In this document: piece after piece, positions 7,759 to 16,569 of the stretch | Position numbering within the stretch: position 1 is the first letter of the stretch | How the letters are laid out: each line of letters begins with the position of its first letter | NCBI GenBank assembly: GCA_028276785.1 | Contig: JAPYVP010000005.1 | Span: forward strand, 1-32,000 | Direction of reading: 5' to 3' | Source: Candidatus Nanopusillus sp. | GTDB lineage: Archaea; Nanobdellota; Nanobdellia; Nanobdellales; Nanobdellaceae | DNA: 32,000 nt | Program-made: the position numbers and the translations under genes | The notes under the pieces: generated by a model | Told to the model about the DNA's origin: nothing | The model's database searches: none | Seen by the model: only the letters and a program-made list of their open reading frames with translations

Positions 7759-10493
7759 ATGGAGATAAAGAAGATATTATATTTTATTACAATAAATTTT
7801 CTATTGTTGATTTCTGCGCCTAATATATATTCACAAGTAGGAGCAGTTGTTGTTGGAAGTAATAGTGCTGTAGCTAATAGTATAACGTTATCTACAGCAA
7901 ATTTATATTATTGTGTTGCTTCTTCCACCGGTTCAACCCTTACTCCAAGTTTTAATGTAATGGTAAATAACGGAGGTTATGCAGTAATTGGAAATTCCAG
8001 TACAAATTCATGTTCATTTACTACTACAGCTACAAGTTATGTGATAGGTGGGGTTTCTGTAAATAACTATTCAGTTCCAGTTATTTTAGCTACTTTTACA
8101 AATACATATACTGCAACAAGTACGGTAACAATTCCATTTACAATTTCTGGACAAAAATAATACAGTATTAATATTATTATCTTCGGGGGGAACAAGGAAT
8201 GGAGGTACTATTAGTGGAGTAACATTACCTAGTGGATGTTCACAATTATTTTTAACATCTTCTGGAACTGCAGCTAGTGTATATGCTGCAGTATGTAATA
8301 AATTAGCTCCTGGTACTTATAGTATCTCATTTACTGTTAATCGTGGTGCAGGATCAACAGTATATGTTTCTGCATTAGTATTAGGATTTCCGGTATTCAC
8401 CTTTAATATTACAGGACCCAACAGTATAAGTGTTTATACAAATTATAATAATTCAACAACAATATATGTAAATCAATTAACAGGAAATACTGCTTTACCA
8501 GTTACTTTATCCTGTTCAACAAATAGTAGTTATTTATCTTGTTTATTATCAAATACAACTGTTACTCCAAATGCATCAGTAACATTAACTGTTACTGCAT
8601 CATCATCAATTACCCCAGGTACATATTCAGTAACAATTTCAGGTACGGCACCAAATGGTGCTACAAATTCTACTACTATAACAGTTAATGTACAACAATT
8701 ATATAATAATCCACAAATATATATTATATCTCCATCTAACAATTCAATATCAAACTATTATCAATTAAATATATCATTTTATACAAATTATCCAAATGTA
8801 AATGTAACAATAAATGGAAATACATATAGTATAAGTGTAACACCAGGTAATAATGTTATTCAATTAAATTATCAGAATTCATCATACAATTTACCAGGAT
8901 TGTATAATATTATACCAAATGGAGGAAATATTACAATACAATTATCAACATCAAATCCATTAGGACAAATAAATTCAACTGGAATATATGTTTATACATT
9001 ACCCCCACCAATATTTAATGTATCATATGCATATCCCACACCATCGAATGGTACACAAGAAAATATATGGTTACTAGGAATTAATACAAATATATATGAT
9101 AATACCTTAGGTCAATATTATTGTCAAATACAATTCTTAAATCAAACAAGTAATCAATGGGTAACAATAGCAAATTCATGTTCAGATATGTTGTATAATG
9201 GAATATTGCAACAATATGCAAAATTAGATAGTAATGGATACTATTCCATATGGTATAGGGTATATTCATATAATAATTATGGATTATATCAATATACAAA
9301 TCCACAAGTAATATATATAGCGCAAAATGCATATAATGTATCGGTGGTAAATAATACATTAAGCAATACACAAATACAGGGGATAATAGATTCTGCAATT
9401 AATAATTCAATACCAGTAGTAGTATTCCCTCCAGGAGTATATTTAGTAAACTTAGTAATAGATCCACAAGGTAAAAATATAACATTATTGGGACAAAATG
9501 CAATATTTGAACCTGCAAATCCCGGATTACCAGTTATAGATATAAAATCCTCAAATGTAACAATACAAAATATAAATATTAATACAAATCTATTTGCAAT
9601 AAATGTAAATAATGGTGTGTTGAACATAATAAATTCAAATATAAATTCGGGATTATTCGGAATAAATGTAAAAAATCCGTCAGTAGTAAATGTATATAAT
9701 TCTACAATAAAGGGAAATATAGGATCTATATATGGTTATATACAAAATTCAACAATAAGCAATACCAATATACAATCTTCTGTATGGGGTGTGTATATTA
9801 ATAATCCATATAATGTAATAATAGATAATTCAAACATAAATGGACAAATATTTGGAGTATATCTTGATGGAACTGCAATAAATAACACAATAAAGAACAG
9901 TAATATAATTTCTAAATATATTTGGAATAAGAATAAATAACGGAAATAATAATATTATAGTAAATAATAGTGTACAATCAAACATATTTGGAATATATTT
10001 AACATCATCAGGAAATAATATAAAAAATGTTTATATAAAAGTAGGACAAGTATTTGGATTGTATATAACTCAACCAAATAACATAATAAATGTAACAACA
10101 TATGGTGGATTGTTTGGATATTATTTAACAGGTAATGCAGCAAATATATCTTTATATAATTCACAATTGGGAATTGCAATATATGGAAGCGGATATATAA
10201 ATAATTTGACAACATCTACGGGAAGCGTAGACATATACTATAATAATTCACAAGGATTCATAAATAGTTTAAGTAGTATAATATATAATACAAAAGTAAA
10301 TAATACATTATATAATTATTATGCAGGCATATCAATAATAGGAACTATAAATGGAAATATTACATTTATTAATTTGCCACCTGCTACTAGTTATATTGTA
10401 GAAAGGATAGTAGCAAGTAATAGAAATATAATATCTACAAATAATACATTTATACCACAAGGATTTGGAAATTATCAACTATTTTATTCATAA
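7759..10493 (+). pseudogene. Large secreted right-handed beta-helix (PbH1/NosD-like repeat) surface protein, ~910 aa if restored, interrupted by two +1 frameshifts
   Basis: Piece 1 (7759-8160) starts with a Sec-type signal peptide, MEIKKILYFITINFLLLISAPNIYSQ. A second frame is open from 8129 to 9940 but has no ATG/GTG/TTG before 8900. A third frame is open from 9909 to 10493 with no start before 10059. All three pieces share Thr/Ser/Asn-rich Ig-like and N-x-N-I-x-x-x-x-F-G-I-Y-L repeat composition. The shifts lie at GGACAAAAATAA (8149-8160) and TCTAAATAT (9911-9919). Confidence 0.75.
9476..10330 (+). repeat. Degenerate tandem ~22-25-aa beta-helix coil repeats within the surface-protein coding sequence
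   Basis: Recurrent units include NSNINSGLFGINVKNPS, NSNINGQIFGVYLDGTA, NSVQSNIFGIYLTSSGN, VGQVFGLYITQPNN and YGGLFGYYLTGNA. At DNA level the 12-mer atatttggaata occurs twice (9917-9928 and ~9982-9993). Confidence 0.6.
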
Positions 10494-10515
10494 ATTTTTT
10501 TAATAATTTTTTCTT

Positions 10516-11310
10516 ATGAGTTTAGATACTTTAATATTAGCGGGAGGTTTTGCAAAGAGATTTAGACCATTATCAGATTATGTACCAAAACCATTATTTC
10601 CAGTAGGCGGTGTACCTTTGATATATTATATAATAGAAAAAGCATTAGAAACTGGATCAGATGAAATAATTATATCTACAAATAAAAAATATGAAAATCA
10701 TTTTAGGCATATTCTAGCGTCATTATATTCTTTTTATGAACCATCTCAAATTGGAAAAATAAGATTGGTAATTGAACCATCAAGTTCTGAAGAAAATAAG
10801 CTTGGATCAATCGGTGGTTTACATTATGCAATAAAAGAGATGGGTATAAATAATAATCTATTAATATTGCTGGGAGATAATTTGTTTAGCTTTAATTTAA
10901 ATAAAATAATTAAATTAGGAAATGAAAATAATTCTATAGCCTTAGCAATATATGATATAAAAAATTATGAGGATGCAAAAAATTATGGTGTAGTAAAATT
11001 AGAAGATAATATAATAAAGGAATTTTATGAAAAACCCCAAAATCCTCCATATACCACAATATCTACTGGAATATATTATATCCCAAAAGAAAAATTATAT
11101 CTATTAGATGAATATATGAAGTCTAATTATAGTAAAGATTCTATGGGAAATTTCTTCGAATATTTAATAAAAAGGGGAGAAAAATTGTATGGATATGTGT
11201 ATGATGATGATAATGAATACTGGTTTGACATTGGTACGATAGAATCTTATCAAAGAGCAAATAATTTTGCAAATGAAAGAGGTTTATATAGAAGATGGAT
11301 ATGGCCATAA
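10516..11310 (+). CDS. Sugar-1-phosphate nucleotidylyltransferase (NTP_transferase family)
   Basis: The N-terminal LILAGGFAKRFRPLSDYVPKPLFPVGGVPLI matches the LAGGxGxRLxPLT..PK signature. GDNLF, YGVV...F.EKP and W.DIGT..Y follow further on. Sugar specificity cannot be read from the sequence. Confidence 0.8.
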   Translation: MSLDTLILAGGFAKRFRPLSDYVPKPLFPVGGVPLIYYIIEKALETGSDEIIISTNKKYENHFRHILASLYSFYEPSQIGKIRLVIEPSSSEENKLGSIGGLHYAIKEMGINNNLLILLGDNLFSFNLNKIIKLGNENNSIALAIYDIKNYEDAKNYGVVKLEDNIIKEFYEKPQNPPYTTISTGIYYIPKEKLYLLDEYMKSNYSKDSMGNFFEYLIKRGEKLYGYVYDDDNEYWFDIGTIESYQRANNFANERGLYRRWIWP

Positions 11311-11340
11311 ATAAAAGTTTTTCTTATAAATTATTTTTAG

Positions 11341-13116
11341 ATGATAAGATCTCCAATAATTGTTGTTTTAGGTCATGTTGGAGCTGGTAAAACTTCTTTA
11401 TTAGATAAGATTAGAAATACATCTTATGCAAAAAAAGAAGCTGGTGAAATGACCCAACATATTGGGGCTACGGAAGTATCAATTGATATAATTAAGGAAA
11501 TCTCAAAACCATTATTAAATTTGTTTAAATTTGACTTAAAAATCCCCTCTCTATTATTTATTGATACTCCAGGTCATGAAGTATTTAGTAATTTAAGAAA
11601 AAGAGGGGGATCTGTTTCAGATTTAGCAATTATTGTTGTAGATATATTGGATGGTTTTCAGAAACAAACATATGAAGCAATAGAAATATGTAAGCAACTA
11701 AAAGTGCCTTTTTTAATTGCATTAAATAAAATAGATAAAATAGATGGATGGAAATCATATGAAAATAAACCATTTTTAGAAAGTATAAAATACCAAGATC
11801 AAAAAGTAATAAATAAATTAGAAGAATATACATACAACATTGTGGCTAAATTATATGAATTGGGTTTTGATTCTGATAGATATGATAGAATAAAAGATTT
11901 TAGAAGACAGGTTGCGATAGTTCCAGTTTCTTCAAAAACTGGAGAAGGTATTCCAGATTTATTATTATTAATTGCTGGACTTTCTCAAAGATATTTAGAA
12001 GAAAAATTAAGAATAAATGTTGAAGGAAATGGAATTGGTGTAATTTTAGAAGTAAAGGAAGAAAAAGGTTTGGGTAGTGTAATAGATATGATATTATATG
12101 ATGGTAAAATAAAAAAAGGTGATAAAATTGCATTTTTATCAAAAGATGGTATTAAAACAACAAAAGTAAAATTAATATTAAAACCTGTACCTTTAACAGA
12201 TATTAGATTTGCTGGTAGAAATAAATTTAAAGAAATAGACGTAGCATACGCAGCAAGTGGTGTAAGGATATCTGCGGATGGATTAGATAATGCTCTACCA
12301 GGTTCTACAGTTTATGTATATAACGATGAAAAAGAATTAAAGGAAATAGAAAAAAAATTAAAAAAAGATATCGAAAACATAATATTTCAAACTGATAAAG
12401 AAGGTATTATTGTTAAAGCAGATACTTTGGGATCTTTAGAAGTATTGGTAAAAATGTTAAAAGATAGGAATATTCCAATAAAAAAAGCAGATATAGGAGA
12501 TATAAATAAGGAAGATGTAAATATAGCATTATCTATGAAGGAAAAATATCCACAATATTCTGTTATAGTTGGATTTAATATTGGGATAAATAAAAATGAT
12601 GAAGAATATGTGAAATCTTCAAATATAAATTTAATAATATCAAATGTTATATATGATTTAATTGAAAAAATCGAGAAATATATTAATGATATAAAATATA
12701 ATAAAGAAAAAATATTAAAAGAATTGCCTCCAGTGGGGAAGATAAGAATATTAAAGGGAAATATATTTAGAAGATCAAATCCCGCAATTGTTGGAATTGA
12801 AGTTTTAGGAGGAGAAATAAGGAAGGATGTATATTTAATTAATTTAAATGGAAAAATAATTGGAAAAATTTTAGCAATACAAAAGGAGAAAAAGAATATG
12901 GATGTAGCTATAAAAAATGATAAGGTCGCTATATCCATAGATGATGCAATAGTTGGAAGAAATATATTTGAAGATGACATATTATATACCTTTATATCTG
13001 AAAATGATTATAGAAAATTTAAGGAAAATAAGGATCTCTTAAGTGATGAACAAAAAGAGATATTAAAAGAAATAGCAGGTATAATGAGAAAAGAAAATCC
13101 TGCCTGGGGGCTATAA
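11341..13116 (+). CDS. infB: Translation initiation factor aIF5B (archaeal IF-2)
   Basis: IRSPIIVVLGHVGAGKTSLLDKIR, TQHIGAT, DTPGHEVF and NKID are the G1-G4 motifs. The 591-aa length and domain order are typical of aIF5B. Confidence 0.92.
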   Translation: MIRSPIIVVLGHVGAGKTSLLDKIRNTSYAKKEAGEMTQHIGATEVSIDIIKEISKPLLNLFKFDLKIPSLLFIDTPGHEVFSNLRKRGGSVSDLAIIVVDILDGFQKQTYEAIEICKQLKVPFLIALNKIDKIDGWKSYENKPFLESIKYQDQKVINKLEEYTYNIVAKLYELGFDSDRYDRIKDFRRQVAIVPVSSKTGEGIPDLLLLIAGLSQRYLEEKLRINVEGNGIGVILEVKEEKGLGSVIDMILYDGKIKKGDKIAFLSKDGIKTTKVKLILKPVPLTDIRFAGRNKFKEIDVAYAASGVRISADGLDNALPGSTVYVYNDEKELKEIEKKLKKDIENIIFQTDKEGIIVKADTLGSLEVLVKMLKDRNIPIKKADIGDINKEDVNIALSMKEKYPQYSVIVGFNIGINKNDEEYVKSSNINLIISNVIYDLIEKIEKYINDIKYNKEKILKELPPVGKIRILKGNIFRRSNPAIVGIEVLGGEIRKDVYLINLNGKIIGKILAIQKEKKNMDVAIKNDKVAISIDDAIVGRNIFEDDILYTFISENDYRKFKENKDLLSDEQKEILKEIAGIMRKENPAWGL

Positions 13117-13668
13117 TTTTTTAATTCTATGAAATTTTCTATTATATTCTCTATTCGTGACTTCTAAAACATGAGATGGTTTTGATAATGAAATTATAGA
13201 ATCTGTATCAAAGAAATCTTTTAATATATTTTCAATACTCTCCTTATCTATATTTATGTTTTGACCGGGCAATCTTGAATAAATTATATTTATTGTAATA
13301 TCTTTAGGGATTTTAAAAAAATGTAAAGGCTCTAATTTTAATAAATTAAATATATTAAATCTTTTATTTGAGAAAAAAGAGAAAAATAATGGAAAATTAT
13401 CAATAAAAGTTCTAGGAATAAATCCAAAATAGAACGGATATGATACTTTTAAATTTATGTAAGTATTTATATTCAAATCAAAATCTATTACATTTATTGC
13501 ATTTGTATCTGGCAAATTTAATATTATTCCATTAAAAAAATTTGGAAATTCATCACTTTGTTCGATATGTAATAATTCCCTCATAATAAATTTAAGATAC
13601 TTTGTTATATAAAAATTTTCATTAAAAAATAAAAATATTTTCCTTAATTGATATAAAATGGTAAACAA
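13111..13668 (-). CDS. Family I inorganic pyrophosphatase-like protein lacking most catalytic acidic residues
   Basis: YPFYFGFIPRTFIDNFPLFF (13381-13440) aligns from memory with PPase YP.(N/D)YG(F/I)IP.T..(E)DGDP.D. GIILNLPDTNAINVIDFD aligns with ..IEIPKGS.NKYE.D. Most Asp/Glu/Lys positions are replaced. The start is more likely the internal Met at 13584, because the 13668 start overlaps the divergent S6e ATG. Confidence 0.55.
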   Translation of the reverse strand: MFTILYQLRKIFLFFNENFYITKYLKFIMRELLHIEQSDEFPNFFNGIILNLPDTNAINVIDFDLNINTYINLKVSYPFYFGFIPRTFIDNFPLFFSFFSNKRFNIFNLLKLEPLHFFKIPKDITINIIYSRLPGQNINIDKESIENILKDFFDTDSIISLSKPSHVLEVTNREYNRKFHRIKKL

Positions 13669-14050
13669 GAGAAAAGAAATTATATTTAAAGTTGTAGTAT
13701 CAGATCCAAAGACTGGAAAGTCTATTCAGGTGCAAACAAAAGATGAATCTTTAATAGGTAAAAAAATTGGAGATATAATTGATGGATCAATAGTTAATTT
13801 AGACGGATATAAATTAAAGATAACTGGAGGTTCTGGATTTGAGGGTGCTCCAATGGTAAGTTATGTTGAAGGAATGAATAAAAAATATGTATGGTGGTAT
13901 GATAAAAGTAAAAAGGTAAGAGTTAAAAAATTGGTTAGGGGGAATACGATCTCTCCAGAAATTGTGCAAATAAATACTAAAATAGAAGAATATGGAAATA
14001 AAGATTTTAATCAACTATATGAAGAATTTAAATCTCAAAAATCTCAATGA
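13658..14050 (+). CDS. rps6e: 30S ribosomal protein S6e (eS6)
   Basis: FKVVVSDPKTGKSIQVQTKDESLIGKKIGDIIDGSIVNLDGYKLKITGGSGFEGAPM is the archaeal S6e signature. VRGNTISPEIVQIN lies later in the protein. Confidence 0.9.
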   Translation: MVNKRKEIIFKVVVSDPKTGKSIQVQTKDESLIGKKIGDIIDGSIVNLDGYKLKITGGSGFEGAPMVSYVEGMNKKYVWWYDKSKKVRVKKLVRGNTISPEIVQINTKIEEYGNKDFNQLYEEFKSQKSQ

Positions 14051-15243
14051 TAATTTCTTTAGGAATAGAAGCTACTGCTCACACTTATTCAATTGGAATT
14101 GTTGATGAGAGCGGGAATATATATTCTAACGAGAGGATAATATATAAAAGCGAGAAAGGAGGGATACATCCAAGAGAGGCTGCAGAATTACATTCAAAGG
14201 AGAGTATTAATATTTTAAGAAATTCTGTATGGAAGGCTGGATTTATTTTTAAGAAAATAAATGGCAAATTTTATATTGTAGATGCATTATATGAAATAAA
14301 AAATAAATTAGAAGGATCAAAAGAAATATTTTTTGATGAACCATGGAATAGAAGAAGATATATAATATATAATAATATTAGAATATGGATTGAAAATAAT
14401 AAAATAGTTTCTGATAATAAAGAATTAGAAAATAATTTAAATTCATATATAAATAATTTAAATAATTTTGAAAGAAAAATAAATTTAATTTCATATTCTG
14501 CAGGACCTGGTTTATATCCAACATTGGTTCAAGCATATTTTAGCGGTAAATTATTTTCTAAGATATTTAATTCAAATTTAATTGGAGTAAATCATTTAAT
14601 AGCACATGTAGAAATTGTTAAATTATATAATAAATTTACAGATCCTTTAATTTTGCTAGTTTCGGGAGCTAATACAATGTTATTATCATTTGAAGGAAAT
14701 AAATACAGAATTGTCGGAGAGACTTTAGATATGGGTGTGGGAAACTTTTTAGATAAGGTTGGCAGATTATTAAATATTGAATTTCCAGCAGGTCCAAAGA
14801 TTGAAGAATTATCAAAAAAAGGAAAAAATCTAATAAAATTGCCATATTCTGTTAAAGGAATGGATATACAATTGGGGGGAGTATATACATATATAAAAAA
14901 TCTAATAAAAAAGAAAAATGTTAATATAAATGATTTGGCTTATTCTATTCAAGAATATGTATTTTCAATGTTAGCAGAAATATCTGAGAGAGGATTATCA
15001 ATATTAGATAAAAAAGAATTTGGATTAACTGGTGGGGTTGCTGTAAATAAAAGATTACAAGAAATTTTATATTTAATGTGTAATGAAAGAAATGTAAAAT
15101 TTGGAACTGTTCCTCTGGATTTAGGAAATGATAATGGTGCAATGATTGCATGGACTGGAATATTATGGTATAAAAATAATATGAATATAATTGATGGGAT
15201 TAACCCATACTGGAGACCTGAGGATATTGAATATAAAATTTAA
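14047..15243 (+). CDS. kae1: tRNA N6-adenosine threonylcarbamoyltransferase Kae1 (KEOPS catalytic subunit) with an internal ~70-aa insertion
   Basis: LGIEATAHTYSIGIVD, GGIHPREAAELH, SAGPGL, GVNHLIAHVE (metal-binding His pair), GETLDMGVGN, GGVAVNKRL and DNGAMIAW are all present. The start overlaps the S6e stop (ATGA). Confidence 0.9.
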   Translation: MIISLGIEATAHTYSIGIVDESGNIYSNERIIYKSEKGGIHPREAAELHSKESINILRNSVWKAGFIFKKINGKFYIVDALYEIKNKLEGSKEIFFDEPWNRRRYIIYNNIRIWIENNKIVSDNKELENNLNSYINNLNNFERKINLISYSAGPGLYPTLVQAYFSGKLFSKIFNSNLIGVNHLIAHVEIVKLYNKFTDPLILLVSGANTMLLSFEGNKYRIVGETLDMGVGNFLDKVGRLLNIEFPAGPKIEELSKKGKNLIKLPYSVKGMDIQLGGVYTYIKNLIKKKNVNINDLAYSIQEYVFSMLAEISERGLSILDKKEFGLTGGVAVNKRLQEILYLMCNERNVKFGTVPLDLGNDNGAMIAWTGILWYKNNMNIIDGINPYWRPEDIEYKI

Positions 15244-15271
15244 ATGTTGTATTGTGAATCATTATATTATA

Positions 15272-15406
15272 ATGGTGGACCAGAACACCTTGCTGGAATT
15301 AATAAAATTGAGAAGCAATGCAAGAAGAAAGAATTTGGGAAGTAATACAAAAGCAATAAGGAATTTAAGAAAGAAAATGGCCAGAGAAAATATTGTTGTG
15401 AGATGA
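15272..15406 (+). CDS. rpl29: Probable short 50S ribosomal protein L29 (uL29)
   Basis: The 44-aa reading MVDQNTLLELIKLRSNARRKNLGSNTKAIRNLRKKMARENIVVR resembles the L29 pattern EL..L+.EL..R....G.....I+.LR+.IAR. It sits directly upstream of SUI1 and Rpp29, the conserved archaeal L29-SUI1-rnp1 order. The first 27 codons of the 71-aa track ORF overlap the Kae1 3' end and are probably not translated. Confidence 0.45.
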   Translation: MVDQNTLLELIKLRSNARRKNLGSNTKAIRNLRKKMARENIVVR

Positions 15407-15717
15407 AAAAGAAACTTTTCTCAGGTCTTCCAATAGATTTAGAGAATACAACAAAGGAAATAGAAAAGGAGTTTCAGAAGATTATTGTAAGGGCTGAAAG
15501 AAGAAGTTATGGAAAAATTGTTACAATTTTAGAAGGTATAGATCCGGCTATTGCAAAAGAAACATTGAAAAGTTTAAAACAAAAGTTGGGTTGTGGAGGA
15601 ACATATAAAGATAATTTAATAGAATTGCAGGGAGATCATAGAGAAAAAATAAAAAAATTATTACTGGATTTGGGTTTTAAGGAAGAGAATATAGAAATAT
15701 CTAATGAAATTGAATAA
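15403..15717 (+). CDS. sui1: Translation initiation factor aIF1 / SUI1
   Basis: IIVRAERRSYGKIVTILEGID...LKQKLGCGGTYKDNLIELQGDHREKIKKLL is the SUI1 domain signature. Confidence 0.9.
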   Translation: MKKKLFSGLPIDLENTTKEIEKEFQKIIVRAERRSYGKIVTILEGIDPAIAKETLKSLKQKLGCGGTYKDNLIELQGDHREKIKKLLLDLGFKEENIEISNEIE

Positions 15718-15982
15718 ATATTTTTTATCTTATGAATTTATTGGATTAAATGTGGAAGTGTATGATTGTAAGATAAAAAGTTTAGCAGGTATTTATGGAG
15801 AGATAATAGATGAAACAAAAAATACATTTTATATAAAGAGTAAAGATAAAGTATACATAGTTCCTAAGAGTATATCGAAATTTATTTTTTATTTCAAAGA
15901 TTATTCAATTTTTTTAGATGGAAAATTAATTAATATGAGGCCGTGGGAAAGATTAAAAGTAAATGTAAAGAAAAAGGTATAA
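15704..15982 (+). CDS. rnp1: RNase P protein component 1 (Rpp29/Pop4)
   Basis: EFIGLNVEVYDCKIKSLAGIYGEIIDETKNTFYI...VPK matches the Rpp29 Sm-like fold motif (G..G.v.dETkNt). Its position after SUI1 is conserved. Confidence 0.8.
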   Translation: MKLNKYFLSYEFIGLNVEVYDCKIKSLAGIYGEIIDETKNTFYIKSKDKVYIVPKSISKFIFYFKDYSIFLDGKLINMRPWERLKVNVKKKV

Positions 15983-16014
15983 GGTTTATATATTACTAAA
16001 ATTTTAAATATATT

Positions 16015-16515
16015 ATGAAAATAAAGGCTGTATCCCCCCTGATTGCAACAATTATATTAATCGCCTTAACAGTGGCTTTAGGTGCAATTATAGTTGGATG
16101 GGCAAGAAATTATGTTAGTAGTGAAGTCTCAAATCTGGGTGCTCAAGTTCAAATACTACAGGTAGTTTATAATAATTCAAATGGCAATATAGCAATTTTA
16201 GTTCAAAATATAGGATCTACGCAATTAGTTGGATATAATCTTTTAGTAGAATTTTCTTCTATTAACGGAAAACGTGAGAAATGTCCTTTGGTTTCAAGTA
16301 GTAATGATACAAAATATTTGGCATGTTATATTTATAATATAACAGATTCTTCGTCTACTACTTCATTAATAAATGGTACAATACCTCAAAATTCACTATT
16401 TCTAATAAATATGACAGTCAATAAGGATAGTTTTGGAATATCTTCTTTAACCGGTTCTACTATTTATATATATTATTCCAAAAACCAAATATCTGAGGGA
16501 TATACATTATCGTGA
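16015..16515 (+). CDS. Archaeal type IV pilin-like protein (class III signal peptide, Pilin_N/DUF1628 type)
   Basis: MKIKAVSPLIATIILIALTVALGAIIVGW is the canonical K-A|VSPxIATxxLIAxTV archaeal pilin/flagellin-like N-terminus. The rest is Ser/Thr/Asn-rich with sequons. Confidence 0.75.
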   Translation: MKIKAVSPLIATIILIALTVALGAIIVGWARNYVSSEVSNLGAQVQILQVVYNNSNGNIAILVQNIGSTQLVGYNLLVEFSSINGKREKCPLVSSSNDTKYLACYIYNITDSSSTTSLINGTIPQNSLFLINMTVNKDSFGISSLTGSTIYIYYSKNQISEGYTLS

Positions 16516-16569
16516 TTTACTTTTTAGTAGTTAATTAAAAGAATAAATGACATCTATAAATATTTTTAT

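Noticed and set aside
9932-9940. Programmed +1 ribosomal frameshifting at AAA-TAA; both frameshift sites have a Lys AAA codon directly before a TAA stop
   Set aside because: At the second site the repeat register of the downstream frame is already restored ~20 nt upstream of the stop (TCT-AAT-ATA-TTT-GGA). The lesion is therefore an insertion at 9914-9916, not a shift at the stop. The AAA-TAA coincidence is expected in this composition. The first site cannot be resolved from sequence alone.
8530-10215. Minus-strand ORFs 8530-8742, 9081-9398, 9289-9627 and 9955-10215
   Set aside because: They are antisense to the beta-helix surface-protein frames. The sense strand shows coherent repeat architecture, while these translate to Leu/Tyr/Ile-rich sequence with no features.
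11630-12980. Minus-strand ORFs inside aIF5B, including a 197-aa ORF at 12387-12980
   Set aside because: Lys/Glu/Ile-rich sense codons (AAA/GAA/ATA) give stop-poor antisense frames. aIF5B is unambiguous on the plus strand.
14245-14478. The Kae1 insertion as an intein or mobile insertion
   Set aside because: It is far too short for an intein. It lacks the Cys/Ser start and the His-Asn plus Cys/Ser/Thr end, has no nuclease motifs, and has the same composition as the host gene.
15191-15271. The first 27 codons of the 71-aa track ORF (MMGLTHTGDLRILNIKFKCCIVNHYII)
   Set aside because: This part overlaps the Kae1 3' end by 53 nt and has no similarity to L29. The L29-like sequence begins at the internal Met (15272).
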